Source: Phycisphaerales bacterium
Lineage (GTDB): Bacteria > Planctomycetota > Phycisphaerae > Phycisphaerales > UBA1924
Direction of reading: 5' to 3'
Length of the DNA stretch: 64,000 nucleotides
NCBI GenBank assembly: GCA_044221545.1
Contig: JBGAOZ010000019.1
Coordinates: forward strand, 20,833-84,832
Shown in pieces: positions 9,054 to 18,635 of this stretch (position 1 is the first letter of the stretch; the number at the start of each line of letters is the position of its first letter). The notes below the pieces were generated by a model that was not told where the DNA came from, searched no databases, and worked only from the letters and a program-made list of their open reading frames with translations. Both the position numbers and the translations under genes were made by a program.

Positions 9054-11081
9054 CTAGCAACCGGCCTCAAACGCCAGGATGAACGAGTCGTAGTCCTCCA
9101 GATCGACGAAGCCGCTGCCGTCTACGTCGGCATCGATGAGGCCCGATTCGAACATCGCGACGAACGCATTGAAGTCCTCGAAATCTACAAAGCCCGAGCC
9201 ATCGAAGTCGGCCGGGCAGGGCTTGGCGTTGGCGCAGCCCATACCGAACGAGGCGCCGAACAGGCCACCCGTGGCTCCCACCACGGTGGCCGCGCCGGTC
9301 GACTTGCTCACCTTGAGGAGCTGCTCGTTGGAGGCGTTGATCGTGTAAAGGCTGTCGTTGGCGGCGCAGTAGGCCAGGCCGTTGCAGTCGGTGATCCCCG
9401 AGCCCAGCGCTGTCCCGATCACGGTCAGCGCGCCGGTCGACTGGTTGACGATCACCAGCTTCGAGCCGCCGACGGTTGCATCGGAGATCCCGTAGAGCGT
9501 GTCGGTCGAGGTGTCGAAGTCCAGCGCGCCGACGTTGCCCCCGCCCGGCGAGCCGACCGTGGTGACCGCGAGCGTGTCGCGGTTGATCTTGAACAACTGC
9601 CCGTTGCTCCCGGCGATCCCGAAGAGCGTGCGGGACTTGGGATCGAACGCGAGCGAGTTGATCGTGCTCGCCGTGCCCGTGACGGCGCCCATCAGCGTGC
9701 GGGACCCGCCGGCGGTCATCGTGTACAGCTTCCTGGTGCTGTCGATGATGTAGAACATGTTGCGGTTCCAGTCCCAGGCCATGCCCTGCGAGACCCCGGG
9801 GACCTCGCCGAGCTTGGCGAACCCGCCGGTGCTACGGCTCGCGGTGCCGAAGTTGTTCGCGGCATCGCCCGAGACGTAGAGATCCCCGCCGGGCGTTCCC
9901 TTGCCGGTCTTGCACACGCCCAGGGGTGCCGTCAGCGCGGCCTGGAGGGTGGCGTTGGTGATGCCGGTGCCCGTGTTGTAGCTGGAGGCCGAGGTGCTGC
10001 AGCCGGCGTTGGTGTGGATGCCGAAGGCGTTCTGGAGCGTCTCGTCAAGCACCGGGGAGCCGCTGTTGCCGCCGGTGGTGTCGACCGCGTATCCGATGGT
10101 GGTGCCGGACTTGAACTTGTACGGGCCGGTGTGGGTCTTCTGGACCTGGTTCCAGGTGTTGGAGACCGGGGCGCTGGTCGTGCCGTACCCGGTCACGCGG
10201 ATGGTCTGGCCGGACACCGCCGGCAGCGACGTGGCGAGGTTGTACCTCAGCCCGTACGCCTGGTAGGGCGTCAGGCCCGTGTTGGCGTTGATGTTGACGC
10301 CGAAGTAGCACCAGTCGTCCCCGATCGTGACGTAGTGCGTCTGCACGCTGGTGCTCTCGACCACGTACTGGTGCTCGGGGCCGGGGTTGACCAGCGAACC
10401 GCTGGAGGTCGAGAGCGGCACCTTAAAGCTCATCACGCTGCCGGCGGTCGCGTCGCAGTGGCCCGCGGTCAGGAACATCGTGTTGCCGTCGTTGATCAGC
10501 CACGAGGAGCAGCCCACGCTGTGCCGCGCCTGGCGGTCGTCGTAGCTGAGCTGGCGGTCGTCGGTGGTCCCGCAGATCGTGCGATCCCCGAAGGGGTTCA
10601 GCCCGGCCGTGACCTTGCTCATGACCAGCCGGTTCTCGCCGGTCCCGGGGCTGGCGATCAGCTCCACCAGCACCGTGTCGCCGTTGAAGTAGGCCGACGT
10701 GCGGCTCCACTGCGCGACGTTCTCGGCGGTCAGCCACTGCACGCCGCCGTCCAGGGTGGAGGTGAGCTTCAGCCGCGAAGCGTTGTCGTTGGCCGGATCT
10801 CCCGCGAGCTGGGCCAGGTCGAACGACAGCCGCATCCAGGGCGCATCGGTCACGTGCACGACCGTGAAGAACACCGTCTGCTGCTCCCCGCCGGCGGGGT
10901 CGGCGCTGACCAGGCCCGAGTCAACGTCGATCCCGACCTCTTCGCTGGGCGGGGTCGGGATCGCGTAGTCGTCCCCGCCGCCCCGCAACCCACCGGGGTC
11001 GCGGGCGGTCTGGGCGAGCACGGAGGAGGCCAGCCCGCAGGCGGCAACGAGAGCAAAGATCGCACGCGATGTGGTGTGCAC
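9054..11081 (-). CDS. Secreted trypsin-like (S1) serine protease fused to a beta-propeller and the C-terminal twin DxDGSGFVD module
   Basis: GTG start (complement of 11079-11081) with GGAG 7 nt upstream gives the signal peptide VHTTSRAIFALVAACGLASSVLAQ. Catalytic triad context: TAGHC, DDWCYF, GGNSGSPV. YVTN/NHL-like blades follow. The tail is CPADFDGSGFVDFEDF...AFEAGC. The listed ORF runs on to 11267. Confidence 0.75.
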   Translation of the reverse strand: MHTTSRAIFALVAACGLASSVLAQTARDPGGLRGGGDDYAIPTPPSEEVGIDVDSGLVSADPAGGEQQTVFFTVVHVTDAPWMRLSFDLAQLAGDPANDNASRLKLTSTLDGGVQWLTAENVAQWSRTSAYFNGDTVLVELIASPGTGENRLVMSKVTAGLNPFGDRTICGTTDDRQLSYDDRQARHSVGCSSWLINDGNTMFLTAGHCDATAGSVMSFKVPLSTSSGSLVNPGPEHQYVVESTSVQTHYVTIGDDWCYFGVNINANTGLTPYQAYGLRYNLATSLPAVSGQTIRVTGYGTTSAPVSNTWNQVQKTHTGPYKFKSGTTIGYAVDTTGGNSGSPVLDETLQNAFGIHTNAGCSTSASSYNTGTGITNATLQAALTAPLGVCKTGKGTPGGDLYVSGDAANNFGTASRSTGGFAKLGEVPGVSQGMAWDWNRNMFYIIDSTRKLYTMTAGGSRTLMGAVTGTASTINSLAFDPKSRTLFGIAGSNGQLFKINRDTLAVTTVGSPGGGNVGALDFDTSTDTLYGISDATVGGSKLVIVNQSTGALTVIGTALGSGITDCNGLAYCAANDSLYTINASNEQLLKVSKSTGAATVVGATGGLFGASFGMGCANAKPCPADFDGSGFVDFEDFNAFVAMFESGLIDADVDGSGFVDLEDYDSFILAFEAGC

Positions 11082-11223
11082 GGTGGGTCTCCAGAATCGG
11101 ATGGTTGGCAGGCGCACGAGGATACCGGAACCCTCCCCGCGGGGGAAGCCGTTCGTTCCCGGAACGGTCCGATAGCCGTGAGACCGGCGGGCCTGCTCAC
11201 CGGGCCGGATCACGCGGCGCGAC

Positions 11224-12123
11224 TCAGGAGGGCAGGTCCGGGGGATCGTCGTTGCCGCCGGTGCCATCGAAATAACGGTTGGTCAGCGTCACGGTCGAGG
11301 CATCCAGGTCGATGAACTTGCCGTCGTTGATCAAGCCGTATCCCATGTCCTCGACGCCCTTGCGGTCGGCGTGCATGTCGAGGAAGACGAAGTTCGCCCG
11401 GCCCGCGTGGCGTGCGTCGGGCCCCGAGCGATCGGGCGCCGAACACCGGTCGCTGGTGGGAGTCAGTCGCGGCGCATCGAGGTTGAATCCCTCGTTGCCC
11501 GGGGCGCGGTCGTCGCTGCCGTCGTTGGTGTAGACGGTCCGCTCGGAGCGCGAGAAGGACGCGGCGGTCCCCAGGCTGTCGGCGGCCATGACCGTCATCG
11601 ACATCTGCTGGATCATGGCGCGCTTCTTGGGGTACCAGTTGTACTTGTCGTTGGTCACGCGGGAATTGCCCAGGAACAGGTAGTTGTACCCGTAGCAGTG
11701 GTTGCGCTCGTCCCTCCACTCCGGGGTCGCCGCGCACTGGAACACCTTGTTGTCGTAGTCCTGGCGGTTGTACAGCGGGTCGGTGTCGGGCGCGGGCTCG
11801 TTGAACGGGTAGATGCCTACGTACGCGCCGATGGTCGCGATCCAGGTCGGGCGGAACTTCATCCCGGTCCCCACGTGGTACCAGTTGAGCGGGTTGGCCT
11901 TACCCCCGGGGAGGTTGGGCATGCGGCCCCCGGGCATGATGTCCTTGTTCTGGTCCGCGTACAGATCCCAACCCTGGGCCAGCGTCCGCATGTTGGAAAG
12001 GCAGATGGTCCCGCGGGCCGTCTCGCGCGACTTTCCGAGCATCGGGAGCATGATGCCCATGAGCAGCGCGATGATCGCCACAACCACCAGCAGTTCGATG
12101 AGCGTAAAGGCGCGGCGCTTCAT
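11224..12123 (-). CDS. Prepilin-type N-terminal cleavage/methylation domain protein, DUF1559-like
   Basis: ATG at complement of 12121-12123 gives MKRRAFTLIELLVVVAIIALLMGIMLP, a type IV pilin-like leader. NFVFLDMHAD near the C-terminus matches H-X9-DG/DUF1559 proteins, a family expanded in Planctomycetes. Confidence 0.85.
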   Translation of the reverse strand: MKRRAFTLIELLVVVAIIALLMGIMLPMLGKSRETARGTICLSNMRTLAQGWDLYADQNKDIMPGGRMPNLPGGKANPLNWYHVGTGMKFRPTWIATIGAYVGIYPFNEPAPDTDPLYNRQDYDNKVFQCAATPEWRDERNHCYGYNYLFLGNSRVTNDKYNWYPKKRAMIQQMSMTVMAADSLGTAASFSRSERTVYTNDGSDDRAPGNEGFNLDAPRLTPTSDRCSAPDRSGPDARHAGRANFVFLDMHADRKGVEDMGYGLINDGKFIDLDASTVTLTNRYFDGTGGNDDPPDLPS

Positions 12124-12191
12124 GACGGGCTCCCAGGGGCCGACGGGTCGGGGTGGCAAAATCCACCATCGACGTCGGCAATGCCCCCTGT

Positions 12192-12515
12192 TTACCCGAA
12201 TGTTCGCCCCGTTTCAAGATCAACCAGCTTCCATTTTCGGTCCCGGCAGAGCTTCGAGAGGACCGGCCAGGCAATCTCTTCGTCGGTCACGCTCGCCATG
12301 ATCTGTGTGACGGCTTCCGATGATGTGGGGATGTCGACCACCATACCCGGCCCGTACAGCACTTCCGTGCCCAGCGAGCGCCCGGGGCTGCCGTCGGGCG
12401 AGGTGTTGTACAGCTCGAGGATCGACTTGACCTGCTTGCCCGTGCCCAACGACGGCAGAGCACCGCCCGCCGCGGAGGTCGATGCCATCAGAACGAATTG
12501 GCGTTTCTTTGACAC
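12192..12515 (-). CDS. Small hypothetical protein
   Basis: 107-aa ORF with a GTG start (alternative ATG at 12488). Third positions are host-like G/C. It lies 69 nt upstream of the DUF1559 gene. No motif recognised. Confidence 0.45.
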   Translation of the reverse strand: MSKKRQFVLMASTSAAGGALPSLGTGKQVKSILELYNTSPDGSPGRSLGTEVLYGPGMVVDIPTSSEAVTQIMASVTDEEIAWPVLSKLCRDRKWKLVDLETGRTFG

Positions 12516-12694
12516 GCGGGGATCCTATTCACCGCCGTCGGCCCCTTCGCCCGCCGCATGGGGCCCGATGGCGGGGCCGGCGTGTTTATTCGGACGGGAA
12601 TCTGGTGTCCGCGGACGGGCCGCCGCCCCATCGATCCCCGCGACGCGCGGCCCAGCCCGAGACCGGGTACGCGTGGAGTGCGCCCGTTGCGCAG

Positions 12695-13132
12695 CTACTC
12701 CTGCTCGTCGTCCTCTTCGGTCTCGGCCTCCCAGATGCGGACCGCCTCGTCCAGCAATCTTTCGAGAGGCACGGGCTTGAGCATGTACTTGTCGACGCCG
12801 AGGCTCTCGGCGTAGGCCTGGTGGCGCTTGCCCTCGTTGGCGGTCACCATGATCACGATGGGGCTGTCCTCCTTGCCCTTGATCTTCTCGAGCACCAGGA
12901 AGCCGGAGCGCTTGGGGAGCATCATGTCGAGGATGACCATGTCCGGCGGGTCTTCCTGGCAGATGCGAACCGCCTCGTTGCCGTCCATGCACGCCTGGGT
13001 CAGTGCGCCCTCGGACTGGAACGCGGCCTCGATCGACTCCAGGATGTCCCGGTCGTCGTCGACGATGAGCACGCGGACATCTTCGAGCCTGCCCCCGCCT
13101 TGGTATTCCAGGTCATTTTCATCGCCCGGCAT
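12695..13132 (-). CDS. Stand-alone response regulator receiver protein (CheY-like)
   Basis: ATG at complement of 13130-13132. Receiver motifs: VLIVDDDRDILE, DMVILDMMLP, VIMVTA, and a K in LKP. No output domain. Acidic tail EAETEEDDEQE. The listed ORF extends to 14086 as shadow. Confidence 0.85.
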   Translation of the reverse strand: MPGDENDLEYQGGGRLEDVRVLIVDDDRDILESIEAAFQSEGALTQACMDGNEAVRICQEDPPDMVILDMMLPKRSGFLVLEKIKGKEDSPIVIMVTANEGKRHQAYAESLGVDKYMLKPVPLERLLDEAVRIWEAETEEDDEQE

Positions 13133-13236
13133 AGTGGTTCCCCTTGAGGGCGGCTGCCGCCGCGTGCCGCCCCATGGTCGTACGAACATAGCACGCCGAT
13201 GGTTGCTCCGCCCTGAAGCGTTCTTCACCGGAGGCT

Positions 13237-14292
13237 TCAGGATCGGGGGGTGTGCTCCCGGGCGTCCCGTTCGCTCCGGTCCACGATGCGATCGAGCTCC
13301 TGGTCGGTCATCCACGGCAGCGAGCGCAGCTTGCCCTTGAGCCCCGGCGGGAAGGGCCGGCCCAGGCGCTCGTGCCGCGGCCGGCTCTTCCAGATCCGGT
13401 GCATCCACAGGTACTGGTCGGGCGCGTTGATGACCGTCCGCTCGATCGCCCGCCGGTACGCGGCGGTGATGAGGTAGAGCGGGTCGGGCGCCGATTCCCA
13501 CTCGGAGGGGTAGAGGACCTCGCTGGCGTCCAACCGATAGCGGAATCCCGGCCGGTTGAGCCGGGTTGCCGTCCCGCACACCAGCGGGGCCTTGAACTGC
13601 ATCGCCAGCAGCCCGATGGACTTGTACGTGGACGCCAAGCGTCCGAAGAAGGGCACGAACAGGCCGCGATCTCCCGCGTTCTGGTCGGCGACGAACCCGA
13701 CCGGCATTCCCTGGGCCATGATCCCCGGCAGCCGGTCGACCGCGCCGAACTTGTCGACCAGCGTCAGCCCGCGTGCCTCGCGGGTGCGCCGGACCCACAC
13801 ATCCAGCGGGCGCAGGTCCAGGGGCCGGTAGAGGGCGTGGATCCGGAACCCCAGCAGGGCCATGGTGTAGCCGAGGACCTCCCAGTTGCCGACGTGGCCC
13901 GTGACCATGATGCACGGCCCGCCCGAGAGCAGGGGCTGGAGGGCCTTCTTGACCCCGCCGATCTCGACGTGCGACGCCCACGCGTCCTCGGTGAGGTACC
14001 GGGTCGTGAAGGCCATCTCCACCCCCAGCGTGAAGAGGTGCTCGTAGGAGCGCACCGCCGCGGCGCGGCGCTGGTCGTCGTTCCACTCCGGGAACGCCTG
14101 CCTGAGGTGATCGACCGCCCGCTCCATGCGCTTGCGGTTGGCGCGGTGGCCGCAGTAGAGCCGCGCGACGGCCTTGGTCGCCTCGGAGGAGGCGTCAAAG
14201 CCGGCGATCAGGGGCAGGGACATCGCCGCGCGGACGGCCGCGGAGACCGGGCGCTGGAGCCAGCCGGGGATCTTGACGTGTTTCTTGGCCAT
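13237..14292 (-). CDS. Lipid A biosynthesis (LpxL/HtrB-type) lysophospholipid acyltransferase
   Basis: 351 aa. The HX4E motif sits in VTGHVGNWEVLG. FVADQNAGDRGLFVPFFG is typical of Kdo2-lipid IVA late acyltransferases. Confidence 0.75.
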   Translation of the reverse strand: MAKKHVKIPGWLQRPVSAAVRAAMSLPLIAGFDASSEATKAVARLYCGHRANRKRMERAVDHLRQAFPEWNDDQRRAAAVRSYEHLFTLGVEMAFTTRYLTEDAWASHVEIGGVKKALQPLLSGGPCIMVTGHVGNWEVLGYTMALLGFRIHALYRPLDLRPLDVWVRRTREARGLTLVDKFGAVDRLPGIMAQGMPVGFVADQNAGDRGLFVPFFGRLASTYKSIGLLAMQFKAPLVCGTATRLNRPGFRYRLDASEVLYPSEWESAPDPLYLITAAYRRAIERTVINAPDQYLWMHRIWKSRPRHERLGRPFPPGLKGKLRSLPWMTDQELDRIVDRSERDAREHTPRS

Positions 14293-14310
14293 GGGGCCGC
14301 GGACGGGGCC

Positions 14311-15702
14311 TCAGCGGCGCATCGGCTTGTCCCGGCCCAGCAGCGTGTACAGCCGGTTTTCGTTAAGGACCGGCAGCGAAGTGCTCCGGGCCTTCTCGTA
14401 CAGATCGTCGTACTTCTTGACGATCTGGTCGAGGCGGATGTAGTTCTGAACCACTTCGAACGGGGCGCCCGAGCCCGGGGGCGGGGGGAGCACGGGGCGC
14501 TCGCCCAGCACCAGGAAGTCGGTGTCGCCGGCGAGGCCCTTCTCCGAATCGAGCACCTTGCCGCCCCAGCCCTCGATCATCGCCCGGATCGACTCGGCCT
14601 CGTCGGGCGTGGCGACCCCGTCGTTGTTCACGTCGAAGTTCCCGTAGACCACCATCTTGTAGACCTTGCGCGGGTCGTACACGGGGTTGGCGAGCACGTC
14701 GCCCTTGACCAGCGGGTTGCCGCGCGCCGACCACACCACGCGGCAGGTCGACGAGTCATCGTCCACGCGGATCACCTCGAGGCCCGCCTTGCCGCGGGGG
14801 TAGGCGCCGGTCGCGTCGTCGGGCTTGATCGCCGCGGCGTCGGAGTACGCCGAGAACGTCATGCCGACGGTGACCTTGTCCTTCCGGCCGCGCGAGGTGA
14901 CGACGGTGCCGTCGGCGGCGTTGAGGCCCACGATCTCCGCGTCGACGAGGGAGAATTCGGGTCGGCCCGAGAAGATCTCCTTGGACCGTTCGCCGCGGAG
15001 CAGCGCGACCTGCGACTGGAGGACGAGGTTCTCTTCCATCAGGCGGGCCCGCTGCTTGTCGTTTTCTTCCTGGCTCTGGGAGATCTGGTTCTGGAGGTTC
15101 TGCACCCGAGCGTCCATCTCCTTGCGCGCCGAGTCGGTTCCTTCGCGGTACCTGGTGATCTCGTCCTTGTACTGGTTGATCTGGTCGTTGAGAGCCGCGA
15201 CGGTGTCGGCGTGGCTCTTCTCCAGCGAGGCGACCCGCTCGACCTCGGCCTTCTTGTCCGCCAGGGCGCGGGCGCGTTCGGCGTCGCTCTTGGCGAGCGA
15301 GTCGGTGAGCTGCGTGATCTTGGCGGCCTGGTCCTTGGCGATGTTCAAGAGCGGCGTGTTGGAGCCGCCGCCGACGCTGCCGACCTTCTGATCGAGCGTG
15401 GTGAGCGTCTCGGCGGGCACCCCGGTGACGCGCTGCATCATGCCCTGCTGCTCTTCGACCAGGAACGCCACGAGCGACTTGTGCGCGGCCTTGGCGGCCG
15501 GCAGCAGCCGGTTGATGTCGTCGCGGTTGCGTTCCGCGGCGGTGATGTACTGCTTCTGCTGCTCGTCGGCGTTGCGCTTGTCGGTGTTGAGCGTGTTCCA
15601 CTTCCCGTAGAAGATCGCGAACAGGATGAACAGGCCCAGGCTCAGAACGCCCAGGATCGCCACCGTGACTCCCATCCCCAGGCCCGTGCTCGTGCGTGAC
15701 AT
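14311..15702 (-). CDS. Membrane-anchored coiled-coil protein with C-terminal BRCT-like domain
   Basis: ATG at complement of 15700-15702 with GGAG upstream. N-terminal TM helix GMGVTVAILGVLSLGLFILFAIF. About 230 aa of heptad-like Q/E/K/A-rich sequence follow. The tail KMVVYGNF...EAESIRAMIEGWGGKVLDSEKGLAGDTDFLVLGERP...LPVLNENRLYTLLG resembles a BRCT fold pattern. Confidence 0.7.
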   Translation of the reverse strand: MSRTSTGLGMGVTVAILGVLSLGLFILFAIFYGKWNTLNTDKRNADEQQKQYITAAERNRDDINRLLPAAKAAHKSLVAFLVEEQQGMMQRVTGVPAETLTTLDQKVGSVGGGSNTPLLNIAKDQAAKITQLTDSLAKSDAERARALADKKAEVERVASLEKSHADTVAALNDQINQYKDEITRYREGTDSARKEMDARVQNLQNQISQSQEENDKQRARLMEENLVLQSQVALLRGERSKEIFSGRPEFSLVDAEIVGLNAADGTVVTSRGRKDKVTVGMTFSAYSDAAAIKPDDATGAYPRGKAGLEVIRVDDDSSTCRVVWSARGNPLVKGDVLANPVYDPRKVYKMVVYGNFDVNNDGVATPDEAESIRAMIEGWGGKVLDSEKGLAGDTDFLVLGERPVLPPPPGSGAPFEVVQNYIRLDQIVKKYDDLYEKARSTSLPVLNENRLYTLLGRDKPMRR

Positions 15703-16052
15703 CGAAACTTGCTCCTGACGGGACCAACGTCCCGTGTGTTTGCCGCTTCCCGCGAGCACCCGCCCGCGCCGGAGAGCACCGTGGAACTCCCCGACCAGAC
15801 GCAATACCAACCCCGGCCGACCGTCGCCGGGCCGGAACAATAAGCGCTCACCCCTTGCCGGGCTGACCACCCCCCCGAACCCACGACCCCAACAAACCCC
15901 CGCGAGCCCCCGGAATCCCAAACCCGCCAGCCAGCGCATCAGGGCTTGGGTGGACCAGTGTCCCGGATAGGCCGGCGATCGTCAAGCGGCCGGGCCTGTT
16001 GACAGGCGTCCCTTTGGGCCAGGGTTCGTTTGGTGTATGAACGGTCCGCGGG

Positions 16053-17573
16053 CTAGCGACGGTATTCGAGGTCGCCCACCGAGATCTTGAGCCGACCCAT
16101 GGCCGAGGCAACCCCGAGCATGTCGGCCGAGCCGTCCGCGTCGGCGAGCGCGGAGACGAAAAGGGCGATGTGGGTCGCATCGAAGCCGGGGTTTTCCGAT
16201 AAGGTCGCGTCCAGGTCCACCCAGCGCGGGGAGCCGTCGACATCGATGAGCGCTTCGACCCACATGTGGTAGCCGAAGATGTCGCTCTGGCCTGCGAACC
16301 GGTCGGCATAGATCAGTCCCCCGGCGACCCGCGAGGGGATGCCGTCGGCCCGCAGCGCTGCGGCGAGCAGGACCGCGTGCTCCGTGCAGTCTCCCCGGCG
16401 GGTCCTGACGATTTCCGACGCGGCGGCGAACCCGACGTCCAGGTTTTTCTCGGTGATGTGGTTGTACACGGCACGGCGCAGCGCCTGCGCCCGGCCGAGC
16501 GTGTCCTCCCTCGGCATGGCCTTCACGGCCGTGCTCGCCAGTTCGCGGACGAGCGCATCGTCCGAGGAGATGGTCCCCGACGCCCTGGTGAATGCGTCGT
16601 TCTGGATGTCGGCGGCCGGCGCCGGCCGCGGGGAGAGGGCGTTGACCGAGATCGTGACACTCGTGCCGTTCTGCGCGGTCACCGTCTGGGTTCCGGTCTG
16701 CGGCACCGCCGGGACTTCGCCGCTCACGTAGTCCAGCGTGTACAGGGCCCTGGTCGTGCGGTACGGATCGTGGATCACGCGGTCGGGCTTGATGAACGAG
16801 GAGACCATGACTTCGGGGGCCCGGCCCTTGTCCTCGGTCACCTCGGGTCCGGCGGCGATCATCACCACGGAAAGGCCGCCCAGCGAGGTCGTCTGCTTGG
16901 CCAGCGTGCCGCCCAGGTCCAGGAAGTCCTCTCCGACGACACCCGGCGAGTTGCTCGCCGATGATCTCATGGAATACCCCTCGATCGTGCGATCCCCGAT
17001 CTGCTGGCTGGCCCGGCTGATCTGGGTGTGGGTGATCGCCACGGGCTCGGTCCCCGAGAGTGGATCGATGGTGCGGTAGGAGATCTCCTTGGCGCTTGCC
17101 TTGAGCCGGGCCAGCACGAAGTTCGCCGCGGCCGCGGGCGTGAGCCACGTCTCCTTCGGGAGCGGCCGCGTGCTGACGGTGCGCGTGCCGGCGGGATCGG
17201 AAACGACCTGGATTCCCTGCTCGCCGAAGGTGTACTCGACCACCACGGGCTGGGCCCCGATCTGCTGCGAGGATCGCATCGAGATCGGCTTGCCGTCCTT
17301 GGTCTCCACGAACTCCGTTGTCATCCGGGCCGAGGTGGTCGCTTCTCCGCGGCGGATCTTGAAGCGCATCTCCTGCGAGTTGCGGATCCGGTCCCCCTCG
17401 GTCTTCTGCACCGAGTGCATCCAACCCGCCGGGCTGCCGTCCATCAGGACCCGGTAGAACAGGTCGTGGTCCGCGCCACCGCCCGGCAGCCCGAGCGCTC
17501 GCGGGCAAATCAGCAGCCCCAGCGCCAGCACGACACACGCGATCAACCGTCCGCCCGGACGAAATGAGTGCAT
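16053..17573 (-). CDS. Secreted transglutaminase-like cysteine protease domain protein
   Basis: Signal peptide MHSFRPGGRLIACVVLALGLLICPRALG (alternative ATG at 17630). C-terminal Cys-His-Asp core: RRGDCTEHAVLLAAALRADGIPSRV, GYHMWVE, WVDLD. Confidence 0.75.
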   Translation of the reverse strand: MHSFRPGGRLIACVVLALGLLICPRALGLPGGGADHDLFYRVLMDGSPAGWMHSVQKTEGDRIRNSQEMRFKIRRGEATTSARMTTEFVETKDGKPISMRSSQQIGAQPVVVEYTFGEQGIQVVSDPAGTRTVSTRPLPKETWLTPAAAANFVLARLKASAKEISYRTIDPLSGTEPVAITHTQISRASQQIGDRTIEGYSMRSSASNSPGVVGEDFLDLGGTLAKQTTSLGGLSVVMIAAGPEVTEDKGRAPEVMVSSFIKPDRVIHDPYRTTRALYTLDYVSGEVPAVPQTGTQTVTAQNGTSVTISVNALSPRPAPAADIQNDAFTRASGTISSDDALVRELASTAVKAMPREDTLGRAQALRRAVYNHITEKNLDVGFAAASEIVRTRRGDCTEHAVLLAAALRADGIPSRVAGGLIYADRFAGQSDIFGYHMWVEALIDVDGSPRWVDLDATLSENPGFDATHIALFVSALADADGSADMLGVASAMGRLKISVGDLEYRR

Positions 17574-17640
17574 GAACAAGGGTAGTGCCGGTCGGTACGA
17601 GCCGGCCGCCGGTCCCGATCGTCGATTCATACCCTTGCGC

Positions 17641-18429
17641 GTGATTGATACACACTGCCACCTTACCTTCCCTGATTTTGATGGTCGCATCCCCGCCGTG
17701 CTCGCGAAGGCCGCGCAGCACGGCATCACCGGCGCCATCACGATCGCCACCACGACGCGGAATTCGCTCGACGTGCTGGCGATCGCGAACTCGTTTCCCA
17801 ACGTCTGGTGCACCGCGGGCGTGCACCCCGGATATTCCGACCAGGGCCCGCACGAGTGGGAGTTGCTCGGGAGGGTCATCCGGGAGCCGCGGTGCGTCGC
17901 GTGGGGCGAGTTGGGCCTGGACAACCACTACCCCGATCCGCCGCGAGCGCTTCAGGACAAGGTGCTCTCCGAGCAACTGGCGTACATCGAATCCACGCGC
18001 CGGCAGGGGATCGAGAAGCCCGTGGTGGTGCACTGCCGCGAGGCGTTCGACGATCTGCTGCCCGTCCTGCGGCGGTCGTCGCTCAACCCCGCGAAGTACA
18101 TCTTCCACTGCTTCACCGGCACGCCCGACGAGGCCCGTCGCGTGCTGGACTTTGGCGCCTGGATCTCCTTCACCGGCGTCGTGACGTACCGCAACGCCCG
18201 CGAGGTGCAGGAGGCCGCGCGGCTCGTCCCGGCCGACCGCATCCTGGTCGAGACCGATGCGCCGTACCTCTCGCCCGATCCGCACCGCGGCATGCGTCCC
18301 TGCGAGCCGTGGATGTCCAGCGTCACCGCCCGGAAGCTCGCCGAGCTTCGGGGCATTTCGTGGGAGGAGTTCCATTCCCAGATCAACCGCAACACCGAGC
18401 GGTTTTTCGGCATTCCGCAGGTTGCCTGA
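17641..18429 (+). CDS. tatD: TatD-family metal-dependent hydrolase/DNase
   Basis: GTG at 17641 gives (M)IDTHCHLTFPDF, the canonical TatD N-terminus. HCF and ETDAPYL motifs are also present. The listed ORF starts at ATG 17572, which adds 23 atypical residues. Confidence 0.8.
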   Translation: MIDTHCHLTFPDFDGRIPAVLAKAAQHGITGAITIATTTRNSLDVLAIANSFPNVWCTAGVHPGYSDQGPHEWELLGRVIREPRCVAWGELGLDNHYPDPPRALQDKVLSEQLAYIESTRRQGIEKPVVVHCREAFDDLLPVLRRSSLNPAKYIFHCFTGTPDEARRVLDFGAWISFTGVVTYRNAREVQEAARLVPADRILVETDAPYLSPDPHRGMRPCEPWMSSVTARKLAELRGISWEEFHSQINRNTERFFGIPQVA

Positions 18430-18635
18430 CCGGCCGCCGACCGGTGAGCGGGCGAGCTGCCAATTCGGCAGACGGGTATCGTGCGGGGCCACCGCGAGGC
18501 AACGCCGGGAGCTCTTGCCTGCACTTCGGAACGACTTTCCGGGGCAGCCTGTCCCTTGCCGGTTGGCATGGGCATTGCCCTAGTCCATAGCCCAGCGGAA
18601 CTCTGTGGTTCGGTGGGGCAAGGAAGGACTGAGAA

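Noticed and set aside
13252-15699. 815-aa + strand ORF
   Set aside because: It lies antisense to the LpxL-like and coiled-coil genes. Its composition is dominated by G/A/R/V/D/L with no motifs, so it is a GC shadow.
18555-18588. Sigma-32-like heat-shock promoter upstream of dnaK (CTTGCCG-N15-GCCCTAGT)
   Set aside because: Only a partial match to CTTGAAA / CCCCATNT. The promoter consensus for this phylum is unknown to me. No CIRCE element is present. Too weak to call.
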